Shown here one piece after another: positions 1 to 11,800 of a stretch of 64,000 nt of DNA. The notes below the pieces were generated by a model. That model saw only the letters and a list, made by a program, of their open reading frames with translations, did no database searches and was not told the DNA's origin. The DNA comes from Hormiphora californensis (Eukaryota; Animalia; Ctenophora). Where the stretch lies: assembly GCA_020137815.1 (NCBI GenBank), contig CM035357.1, forward strand, positions 3,658,001-3,722,000, given 5' to 3'. Position 1 is the first letter of the stretch. Each line of letters opens with the position of its first letter. The position numbers and the translations under genes were made by a program.

Positions 1-538
1 CGGGGCGCTGTTTGGAGCACTATTTGGAGCACTGTTTAGTTTGGAGAGAATATCATCGAAATCTGTGATGTGCTCAGCCCACTTGTCAGGAGTTGTGTGG
101 TCGGCCCCCAAACCTGAGACGTAGGAAAGGATGGTTAGAATAAAAATCAACGGTGAAAAGATTAGGATTTTTTCAGTACATACTTTTGAATAAAGTTAAA
201 CTAGAAAATAGAGAGGTGAAATGCGAATTACCTAAATTTTGTGCCCGTTTCCTCACTTTGACATGTCCCGTCTCCCCTGATTCCGTGGCACCTAACCCCT
301 TTCCCTCCGTCCATCCCATCCTTTCCATCATCTTCCGACCAAACTTGTTCTCATCTGGGGGTAGAATGGTATCATGTGGGGGATAATGTTAATAGGGAGT
401 GGAGATTGTACTATCAAAAGTTTCGGGATTTGGTAGAGAAATCTTAGAGTCGGGGTATTATAATGTTATTGCTCCCAGCAAACTACCTTTTGCCCAGTTT
501 TTATTGTTCGGATCCGTGCTCCACAGTTCCTTGACCAT
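1..538 (-). CDS. PINX1: PinX1 / G-patch protein, 5' exons (538-487, 354-232, 113-<1); runs off the window start
   Basis: Phase-consistent GT-AG splicing gives MVKELWSTDPNNKNWAK-DENKFGRKMMERMGWTEGKGLGATESGETGHVKVRKRAQNL-GLGADHTTPDKWAEHITDFDDILSKLN. This matches the recalled PinX1 N-terminus (W..DP.N..W, G-patch, GLGA...W..H..DF..LL..LN). Confidence 0.9.
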
Positions 539-2411
539 GTTCTTTAGCTACAGGGAGTAATTAGGGAGTTAATTATGGGTAGTAATTAGGGGCTAATTGG
601 TTGTTATTAGTAATGGGACACGATTATTGACATAATAATAATAACTATTGTGCAAAGCAACTGAAGGGGATTAAAATTGATATATTTTACAGACCACAAG
701 GAACTTTCAAAGTTGAAAAACAACCAATATATTCACCCATTACATGCCAACTAGGGTCAGGGAGCTGGGAGGGTGAACACAATACATGTGTAACACACGA
801 CAAAACCTGTGTACACATGTGTGGCAGTACCCCGGGCAGTAATATATAACATCAGATCAAATTTGCTCCAAACACTCCCAATTCAAGATAATCGATGTTG
901 CTTTCTGGCGGCGCCAACCCGATCTGAGCTTGGTAACGAAATTACCCCTCGCAGGCATTGCGGTGGTATCACGGTAGTAGGGCACGCTAAATAGCGTCCC
1001 ACAGAGTAGTTTCGTTACCAAATATGAGCGCACTGTCGTGTCAAAACGGTGTCGGCACCGTCAGATAATCGATGTTGAGGGTTACTCAACAGGAGCTGTT
1101 TGGATCAAGAAATCCCCCACGTTATTGTTACTCAACAATTGTTGCACAAGAGGAAAACATATGGTGCACTATATTTTAGTAACACTTTGTAAATGACGTT
1201 AAAAAGCTACAAATCAAAAATATTAAGTTGGTTTCAACAAAAAAAAGCAGGCAAAATAGAGTTTAAAAAGTAATGTATCCTGCCATTTTGGATAAAAGAA
1301 ACCCAAGGAAGAATAGCCCTCACAGATTGGTTTTGCACCACGGCCACCCCTTGATATGATACAAGATAGAGACTTTGAATTTGCAGGTTTAGTTAGGAAG
1401 ATAATTTCGAGTTCTGAACCGCAAAACCAAAGTGAGAGATATTGTTGCTTGGGGGTTCCTTTCATCAAATTGATCGTAAACAGGGTGGCGGTATAATACG
1501 TATAATACCAACTTTTTTAAATCATAAAAACGTTCGGCAAAAGTAAAATTTCTAAAAACTGAAACAAACAGGGAATTATTAACCACTTTCATGCTAGTTG
1601 TTATGCTCTAACCCTCCTTTACGTCTGCACTGAAAGAGGGTCAAGCAAGGAATGATGGAAGGCTAATAATTTCCTGTGCATATTGCAGAACGTTTCTACA
1701 AATTTAATGAACGCCCACCCTGTACGAAGAGGTGGAACCCTGTCAGGCGCTGCAACCCTTTCTCGCGAGGAGAGTGGTCACGTATCTGACTGGTGGAACC
1801 CAATTTTAAGCCTCTCATAAAAACAAATACCATACAGCTCGTGCACGTTATATATATTTGGGCAAAACATAGGTGCCTCAAAAAATGAGGTATATATTAT
1901 CAGGGTATTATCCTTCTCATGCCGTAAAATAAATTAACTCTAACTCAACTCTACTAACTCTAAGTTTCAACATTTTGGATGTGGTGCGTGGAAAGGCAAA
2001 ACTCTCCAATACTCCACTCCACCAAACCAAATCAAATTTGTTATCACCCCTTACTCAACAAATTCAAATGACACTCCAAGCTCTCGACAAAATTCTGTCT
2101 GGCGGCGCCAATCACACTGTTTCGTGTTCAGATCTGAGGAATTTGAGAATCAAAACGGGGTCGGCGCCGCCAGACAGGTAAAAAAAGTGATTCATACTCC
2201 CTACTTTCAGGTCTCCTTGGTTTCAGCTTGGACACGATCTACCACGCACCCCAGTACGGCATAGTGATAGATCGCGTACGGAGCTGAAACCGCCACTTTT
2301 TTCTTCCAACCGTTTTTTAGAGGACTAAAACAGTGGGGTGTTCGATCTTGCCCTCCTCGATCCTCTCTCTCTCTCTCTCTCTCTCTGCATCCCGGTGTAA
2401 AGAATGGGTTA

Positions 2412-3036
2412 CTACATGTGGGCGTGCTGCCACTCCTCCAATTTGAGCTCTTTCAACTCCTTCAACAGAGCAGCATCATTCTTAATAGGGCTCAGGGGAA
2501 TTGGCAGGTCGCCAGATTCCTTCTTTAGCATGTGTATTGCAGTGTGCAGGCAGGCAAGGAAGTCACCGTGACTCCGCAAGATACGACAAAACCTAGGGGA
2601 CAATATATTGTTACTTTTTAGATACAGTCAGACCCCGATTTAAAATTTAGGACTCCTTAGAATCGTGAATAAAGGCAAAGAATCAAGGATGAGATTAGCA
2701 GGATCAATATCATAGTACATAGTTGGGTGGCGCCCTGGACAGCTCTGCTTCCCAGCTGTTCGACACATGGAGGACTCATGGAAACACAACGTTTCGGCGG
2801 TTCCCATAATCATGTGGATATAAGACATAGCCACGCCACTTGAAAACTAATTGCTTAGGAGGAAAGCTGGAAAATTGAAAATTACCTGCACAACGCCAGC
2901 TGTAGTTTGCAAGATTCTGAAGTATTTCCCTCGTAGAATTCTTCCTTCAGTTTCCTGATCACTGGCATGGCAATGACTCCTGATAGAGAGGGGGAGAAAG
3001 AGAGGAGAGGAGATAGATAGATAGATAGAGAGGGGG

Positions 3037-3125
<89 letters not shown>

Positions 3126-5426
3126 GAGAGAGTGTGAGAGAGAGAGAGTGTGTGAGAGAGAGAGGGCAGAGAAAGAGGCCGAGAGGATGGGAAAGAGAAA
3201 GGAAGATAGACTAGAGAGGCTAGGAGGTAGTGAGGGAGAGAGATAGAGAGTGAGGGGAGGGAGAAAGTGAGGGAGAGAGACATACCGATTACGTTTTGAA
3301 ATTACAAAACCCCAACACCATATCTTGACCTACCCTCATAACTAGCGAATGAATCGATCCCGTGAGCCAGAGATCTAAGAACCTTGGTTGTGTCTGTTTC
3401 AAAGTACTTTATTCCCAGTGCCTCCAGGTGGAGAAGCTGTTCCTCACTCTCTGCTGAGATGAAGATACCTTGGAACATTTTATTGGCCCTCCTGAAACAG
3501 GGGGTCAGTTGTGGGGTGGGGCGTTTAACTAACTTATTGCACCCGTCTGGCGGCTTGTTTTGTTATAAATTGAGAACAAACTGCAAACTGCAAACTCAGT
3601 ACTTACCTCAGATGTTTGCAGATGCTGATTGGACATGCTTTGGTCAGCGAATTGTGATGATAAAAGAAAGCACATTGATCTGCCCACTCCATCACCCCCG
3701 TCAGGGCCTCAGAAATTCCTTTAGCATCCACACAGTGCGGATCGCCAAGACTTAGAACAACCGCGTCACACCCCGTCTGGTAGGCTCGCTTTACCTCCAG
3801 TTTCTCTTCTTGTAGTGTTCTAACCGTTACACCTGGGCAAGGATCAGATTTAAATTAAGGAAAACTTGGCCCGGATAACAGCCTCCCTTGCACCTCCAGA
3901 AATCGGGGAAGTGAACTTGGTCCAGATTAGTAACATTATTAGTAACATTATTGCCGCTTTCAATTTGCCGGCAACCCAAAAACACAATACATACTCACTG
4001 GCAAATAGAAGTACCATCCCATTTGATGCATCCCTGGCATGTTGCATCGCATTCTGGTTAGTATTCCGTAGTACCACACACTGTACACTACATCTCAGCA
4101 AGTCTTGGTAGTAGGAAGGCCGGGAGGGAGGGTTGGGAGATGTGGCGAACATCACAAAATCTAGACCCTCAAATCGTGCCTGAGATGTACATTTAGAAGT
4201 TTTGATTTTGTAGACAAGTGTGTTTAGCACTCTGACCCCCTTGGAAGTAATGTAGTGTGTTACCCCCCCCCCAGAATTACAAATCAGCCCTCCCCTTCTT
4301 ACGTCGTATTGGCATTTTCTGTTTGATTTATAGGGCGTTCTGCCGATGCTGCAGGTTGTGGTAGGGGGCGAGTTTGGTATCTCCTGACTCTCCTTATACT
4401 TGGCAAGCAAATTACCTGAAACATTTGGTTAGTTTTCCTAAATGTTAGATTTCTTTACCATTTCTTTCTCTTTTCCCCCTTTAATACTTACCCAATTCAG
4501 AGACATTTTTAGATACTTTTAGTCAACTCATGCGGCTAACATCAAACTACCTGCACTAACCTAATTCAACAATGGTCTTCGTGTTTCTTCTGCTATTTCC
4601 ATTATTCCTCGATTTTGGGGTTTTCCTGTTTGTGTTCACAATGAGACCTGCCGCTGGACCTCCCCCTCCTCCTCCTCCACCACCACCTCCCTCGGTCACT
4701 TCCTCTACAGGAGGATCCTTGGGTACTTGGGACTTCCTCGAACTTCTGGAGATAATGTTGTGTAAAACTTAATCATATTAGATTGAATTATTTTAACAAT
4801 AAACAATCCAGCTGGACTCAAGAATAATCTTTTGTTGCCTATCAACTACTATACCCAATATATTCCCTCTTCTCTGTACCTGTTTCGCGCAGGAGTAGTG
4901 ACTGGTGTTTTCGGTTGTTCTTTTGGCGGTTCTACCTCATCAATCACAATAGGGGTGGGTGTATTATGTTCATTCTGTTTATCCTCGCACAGCATCTGCA
5001 GCTTCCGTTCGTATAGCTCCCTTGTGCCAGGCATAATTGGTCCTGTTAATTAATAATTAATTAATAATAATTGGTCCTGAGGTGAGGAGCTGATTTGTTA
5101 ATTGGTCCCGAGGGAATGGTGGTGAGGAAAGGGATGATTAGTGTGTGTGTCTCAAAAACTATAGACTAGGATTGTTGGTGTTGACTAAAACTTTTCAGTC
5201 CTTTGTGCACGCTACATTTGTGCACGAGGGGATATTTCATTGGGGGGGGGGGGGTACTTATTTCATAACCAAAGCACCGACCTGGTGTTTCTCCAAAAGA
5301 CACCAGGGACATCCTCAAATCTTTATCCGTCATCTTCAGTATATCTTCACTAACTATATTCTCCACTTTACACCGCTTGTTGGCCGCAGGGGACACGGTT
5401 TGTCGTCTCTTTGAAGCACTGGACAT
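2412..5426 (-). CDS. Multi-exon gene: N-terminal LEM domain, low-complexity linker, then a degenerate N-acetylneuraminate lyase/DHDPS-family TIM barrel
   Basis: Exons 5426-5282 and about 5042 downward splice to SEDILKMTDKDLRMSLVSFGETPGPIMPGTRELYERKL (LEM consensus). Exons 4179-3999, 3832-3607, about 3491-3334, about 2980-2886 and about 2593-2412 give ARFEGLDFVMFATSP..YYQDLLRCSVQCVVL..TGCDAVVL..CAFFYHHN..FQGIFIS..LRSLAHG..EEFYEGN..LQLAL..DLPIPLSPI, colinear with NanA/NPL. Linker exons near 4300-4900 were only partly resolved. Confidence 0.7.
2983..3280. repeat. (GA)n/(GATA)n compound microsatellite in an intron
   Basis: Directly visible. Confidence 0.95.
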
Positions 5427-5849
5427 GATTCAGCTAGATAATTTTATGTTGATTTAACAGAGGAGAAAGGGAAAGTTACCGATTTATTGTGACCAGAGGA
5501 GAGAGGGAATATGATGTTGTAGGGGGGGGGGGTATTGAAACGATTAGATATAAGTTAAGGTACAAATAAGCGAAAGATAAAATACTATAAACGTCAAAAA
5601 TTACAAAATTAATACTTTTTACAGACAACTCCCAAAAGTGAATATAAATACCTGAGTCTCTTAATAAATGCATGTTTTGGGACCACAGCTTATAGAACCT
5701 TCTGTTTGTTCCTGACTAATCACAGCGAGAGTCGTATTACTCAACAAGGTGAGAGATGGTCTAGCAAGGCTTGAACCTTCCTTTAGAATTCTAGAACAAT
5801 CCAATTCTCTCTACCACACTCCCTTTCACAATCCCTCTCTCTCTCTCAC

Positions 5850-8800
5850 TCACACTGCACGTGATCCAGCACTGGATGTGCGGCTGACAGCTGTGAAAGA
5901 TGAGGGCGAGGAACTTCCCCCGAATGATTGGGTACCGATGAGTGATTGCCGCTTGGTTAGCACCCCCTGGGACCGGTAGTAACCGTTGAAGTCTAACCTG
6001 GTAATGAACTCGTCGATGTACGGCTTGTAGCCACTGCTGTTCGATGCTTCCGCAACTGTGAAGGGTGGATGGGGGGTTAGAGTCATCTTGTGAAATAAAA
6101 AGAGATATCTCTTTTCTCGAGAAATCAGCTTCTCGAGATGTCTACTGATTTAAGTTATATATTCAAGATAATATATTAATTAGGATCAAGACGTATAGAG
6201 TCTAGACCGATATAAACCACAGCACAGAACCAGTACTAGATATAATATCAAGTACACGTGAGTCTACAAAATTAGGTTGGTAGAAGTTTAATAAAGTGAT
6301 TAATTAAATCACCCTACCTTTCAGGATGAAGATCGCTTGTTTCATAAAGGAATCATGGCTCTTTATCAGTTGATCAAAAGCCGGATGTGTCGTCACGCCG
6401 TCCTCTTTAGAAGTTGTAAAGGAGTGACTTTGTAGGAGGTGAAGGAAGGTAACGAGGTGCCGGAGGATTTTGAGTAGTATCTCGTAGGGAGCTTTCGTTC
6501 CCTCACTCAGGAGTAGTCTGGAGAGAATACATTTGAGGTGAAAGTGTGGCATCAGCTGAACTGTCATCTGATCCACTATGCATGTTTGTCGGTAGTCATG
6601 TATGTTTGTTATCTAAATGTGAGTGTGTTGTTGCTTTCGGCTTGTTTGTCTGTGTTAATAAACCTGAGTTTATTCATTGTTTCACCGCTACAGTATTGTT
6701 AGACACTGCAGTCTGAGTTACTTTGTGTTGATCGGATTAGAATGCATTATTCCCGGAGGAAAAGAAAGGCTGATTATTCTGAAAGAGAATCTTCACACGG
6801 GTGTGGTTTGATCTGGTATGCCGCTTATACCAAGTTAGACAACAGCTGCTTTTGTCTGATAATCGTAATAGTCCGCAGCAAACCAATCAGATACTCCAGA
6901 AGATATACTGATAATTTGAGGTGAAAGTTGCACGTGGTCTAATGTAAAATTGTAAATCTATTGTGACAAACATAATATATTTTTAGTATGACTTCAGTTG
7001 TCATGTTTGGTACCAGTGATGATATATATATGTCGTGATTTACAATTAACTGCTACAGCCCAACTATTCATTCCGAGAATTCTGATTCAGAGATAATATT
7101 TGCCGTACTGTTATTATATGAGGTAACTCCAACCCCCCCCCCCCCCCCCGTTTCATCAATTGTTTAACATGGGTGTTAAAGTGAGAGAGAACAGCCCCGA
7201 TTTTGATGAAACTTGGTCAGAATAGTGTTTGGTGTCTAATTAGAAGTCAAAAAATTTTTTAGTGCTCAAATCCTAAATTTAGGATTTTTAGGTTTTTTAG
7301 GTTTTTCGGCTTTTATGGGTTTCAGGAACGTTCTAGAACAAAATGAATAAAACCATCTTTCTCGGCATTAAATTCTGCATCGATTATAGTGGTTATGAAC
7401 CTTTCTATGACGTAAGGTTCAGAAGTTATCGCGAAAAAGCCCAAACGGGTACATGTGTTAGGGGCGGGTTCATGTTTTAGGCTAACCGGCGAACCTCTTG
7501 TCAGAACACCATGTTATAGGGTGTCAATCGACGCGTATTGATAAGGAGATCATTTTAGTGAAAATTATTTTGATCTGCGATGTCTGTGTAACGAATGAAA
7601 CCTAAAAAACCTTACCACATGTTTTAACCAAACGGGTATGCTTCATTCAGTAATGTTTTTTAGGTTTCATTAGTTACACAGACATCGCAGATCAAAATAA
7701 TTTTCACTAAAATGATCTCCCTATCAATACGCGTCGATTGACACCCTATAACATGGTGTTCTGACAAGAGGTTCGCCGGTTAGCCTAAAACATGAACCCG
7801 CCCCTAACACATGTACCCGTTTGGGCTTTTTCGCGATAACTTCTGAACCTTACGTCATAGAAAGGTTTATAACCACTATAATCGATGCAGAATTTAATGC
7901 CGAGAAAGATGGTTTTATTCATTTTGTTCTAGAACGTTCCTGAAACCCATATAAGCCGAAAAACCTAAAAAACCTAAAAATCCTAAATTTAGGATCTGAG
8001 CACTAAAAAATTTTTTGACTTCTAATTAGACACCAAACACTATTCTGACCAAGTTTCATCAAAATCGGGGCTGTTCTCTCTCACTTTAACAAGGGGGGTG
8101 TTAACAAGGGGGTCAATCAGTTGTCCAAAATCACCCATTTATCCCCCTATCCCCCTAGTAAAGGCTTGGTCATGTGTGTGGGTGATGTGTGTGGGTGATG
8201 TGTATCTATAACAGCAGTATAGCGCATATTATTACCATATTCATGTCTTTTAGATTGGCTTTGCCGGAAGATTGTGAGTCTCGTAGGGTGAGAAAAGATT
8301 TGCATGGGGGAGATGAGTTATTACCACTTTGTTGTACTTTCTTGTGTATATATGTGGCATCAGCTGAACTGTCAGCTGATCCACTATGCATGTTTGTCGG
8401 TAGTCATGCATGTCTGTCATCTGAATGTGAGTTTGTTGTTGGCTTTCGGCTTGTTTGTCTATCGTGTTAATCACCTGAGTTTATTCATCGTTTCACCGCT
8501 ACAGTATTGTTAGACACTGCAGTCTGAGTTATTTTGTATTGATCGGATGAGAATGCATTGTTCCCAGAGGAGAAGAAAGGCTGATTCCCGGCTGATTGTT
8601 CTTAAAGAGAAACTTCACACGAGTGTGGTTTGATCTGGTATGCCGCTTTCACCAAGTTATACAATAGCTGCTTTTGTCTGACAATCGTATTAGTCCGCAG
8701 CTAGCCAATCAGATGCTCCAGATCAAGATCTACTGATAATTGGAGACAATGGTGACCTGCCTACACCCTGGATTGGATATGGAGCACGTGTGGAGGAGAA

Positions 8801-11800
8801 GACGTGTGTGGTTGGCTGCTACAAGAGGAGAGGACACTTGGCAGTTCCTGAGAGGCAGTTCCGCTGAGACAATACTATAGTTCACGAGTTCTGTTGTGAG
8901 AGAAACTGTACTGAGGCAGTTCCAGAGAGAGAGACACTAGAGTGAGTTCGGCCCTGAGAGTTCTGATGTGACAGTTCCTGAGTTCTGTTTTGAGAGACAC
9001 TGCGAGAGTTGAGCACTATTGAGAGAGTTGTGCTATGAGTTCCTGTGAGTGAGTTCTGCTAGGAATATAGTACAGTATATTGAGTCAGTTCCTGTGATCT
9101 GAATCATAGCCTGAGCTTTAGTCTGAGATCCAGCCTTAGTCTAGCAACGTGGCTTACTAAGACGCTGGCGAATAAATGAGTCCCGAGACTTTGCATAGAG
9201 AGACCCGCATCTGGGAGATGAGTCCTGCACGAGAATGAGTAGAGTAGAGATATAGAAATAATATAGTGTGGCCGCTTTTATGAGTATTTATTGTTTCGGT
9301 TTAGTTTTAGTTTTGTTTCGGAATCGGTTGTATCATTTTGTCTGTGTCTGAAACAGCAATCCACCTTTCTTGTGCGGTTGCTGATAGTCAGTCAGTATAA
9401 CAGAAATGACTACTGCAACACGCTCATTATATATGATTGCCGTTAGGGGCACAATAGTTACAACCTTTTAACCAACCCATTTCAATTAGTACAACTCTAC
9501 CCCATTTCAATTAGTACAACTCTACTCGGTGTTCCCCAGTATTTTCAAGGGGCTCTTATATCTCTTCTCACCATATAATTGGCGATGCTCACTCAAGGGG
9601 AAACTAGGTATCGGATAGGGGAACTCTTTATGCCTCCAGTCTCACTTCTAGCCACATAGGCATAAGGCAACTGTCTATAAGTGGGGAGTCAGGAAAGACA
9701 AAAATTGAACTTTTTGAGACAAGGGGGCTAGCCTAGAAAATGCTAAAAATGTTAAAAAAGGCCATCGACCAAAACCAGGGAACGATGGCCTTTTTAGGGC
9801 TGGACTAAACCCATATTTCGTGTAGGGCACACGAGTTAGGTTCCTCGTGTTCCTACATTGTTTCTCTCTCAGAGTGGCTGAGAGTTATTTAGGATAGGTA
9901 TTTGATGATCTTATGATGGTTGAGATCAGTGAGTTAGGAGGATACAAATATTTAGGGGTGAATAGATATTATTTATTTGTTACAATAGTTATGGAGAGAT
10001 ATTAGAAGATAATAATTTGGGTCAATGTTTTAGATGAGTAGGAATACAGGGTACAGGGGATTGTACGACGTGCCGAGAGGAGAAGCTGCCACGTCAGCCT
10101 AGGCTGGCGTGGATCGGGTGATCTGAGAAAGAGGTGACCAGAGAGCGAGAGAGGAGAGTTCTGTTTTGAGGGGAGTAGAATATGTTGCTCGGGAGATGGT
10201 GGGGAAACCATCTCTATTATAATTTGGAGATGTCGCGTCGAAGTGGTGGTCGTTCGTTCAGCGGTATCTAAGCGACAGACTGCTCCTTTAGCAAACTTTG
10301 CGCGCACACGCGAAGTGCGTGGTAATGCGACGCAAACGTGCGCGCGCGTTTTTTAACAACCTCGCGCCGCGCGCTCGCAGTGAAAAATATCAAAAAATCA
10401 ATTTTTCCGAACAAAACTTTTTTCACTCAAAAATTTCAAAAACACAAAAAAGTCATCCTGTTTCGTTTTAAAACAATGCCAGACACCGACATCGATGACA
10501 AACAACCTACAACCAGCAGAAATCTTTTAAACAATCGGAGTGCAGCCAATGTTATCGACAGCTCTTCTTCTTCCGATGATGAGGAGATTGGCCAGCACCC
10601 TAACCGACAGAATGTGCTGAATAGCATTCTTTTAGAACTGAAACGCGGTGAAAATCAGCGTGCATATGGCAAGCGCCGTGCACGGCAGACCAGCACTGAC
10701 CGCAGATTGGAATTGGAGTCCCGTCGAGCACAGTATAGTGACTCTTCTGATAGCATGAGCGACAGCGATAGGGAAGTAATAAACAGTGGCCGAAGAGACA
10801 GTTATGCTGAAAACGCTGACACTTTAAATTCCACCAGGAGACAACGGCGAGCTGAAAATGCCGATGATGATAATGAGGCGCGGAGGCAATACCGTGCAGC
10901 TAATGCCGACAGTATCAACGAGTCTCGGAGGGAGAACCGTGCTACTACTGCTGACGCAACAAATGAGTATCAAAGGCAGTATCATACGGCTAATGCAGAG
11001 AGTATCAATGCTACCCGCCGTGCACGGGCTCCTGTTTTAACTGAAGAGCAGCGTATTGCACGAAACGCCGTGCGAAATGAACAGAGACGAGCTCGAGAGC
11101 GTCGTGTTTTACTTGAACAACTTGAAAGGGGTGCCGTTGATATTAATAACCGCCCCGACCCTTTTACTACAGGTTTACGTGATAAGCCCTGCACGAAAGA
11201 CTGTGGTGCTCTGCTATTTGAACGTGAGTTGGGAAGGAGCGACACGTGTTGCAGCAATGGCAAGACACTGATCCCGACTCCTTCCATTTTGAAGCCCTAT
11301 CCAGAGGAGCTTAAGGACCTATTGCTCGGGTATAATACCGACCCAGCGTTTACTGTTCACCCCCGTAAGTTTCATGACTTTATTAGAAACTTTAATTCGG
11401 CATTCGCCTTTGCTTCTATGAACTGTAACGAAGACAGACTACTGGGGCCAGGTCCATATGTGTTCCGTGTTCACGGAGATATTCGATACTGTGTCAGTAC
11501 CCTTCACGATTCAAATCCGTCGTACTGCCAGTTGTATGTCCTTGAGGGCAGTGGTGCTGAACAAGCACGTGTGAACAACCCTTTCAACAGTGGTTGCTCA
11601 AAGAGCCTCATGTCGTTGGTCTCTCGAGTGTTGTTAAATGTTGATAACCCGTATAGAGCCGCCTTCATTCGAATGGCAGACATTGAGCGAGATATGAAGG
11701 CACGTGCCGGTGATACTGAATCTAAATCAGTCTTTATGTACTTCCGCCGAGGAAGCGATCCGAAGAGATACAATGAACCAATCCATGAAGGGGATGTGGC

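Noticed and set aside
1-5426. Single LEM plus G-patch gene
   Set aside because: The LEM gene stops at 2412, and the G-patch exons form a separate PINX1.
10338-10475. N-terminal extension of Rep/Hel in the ORF track
   Set aside because: It starts at GTG; the first ATG in good context (aaacaATG) is at 10476.
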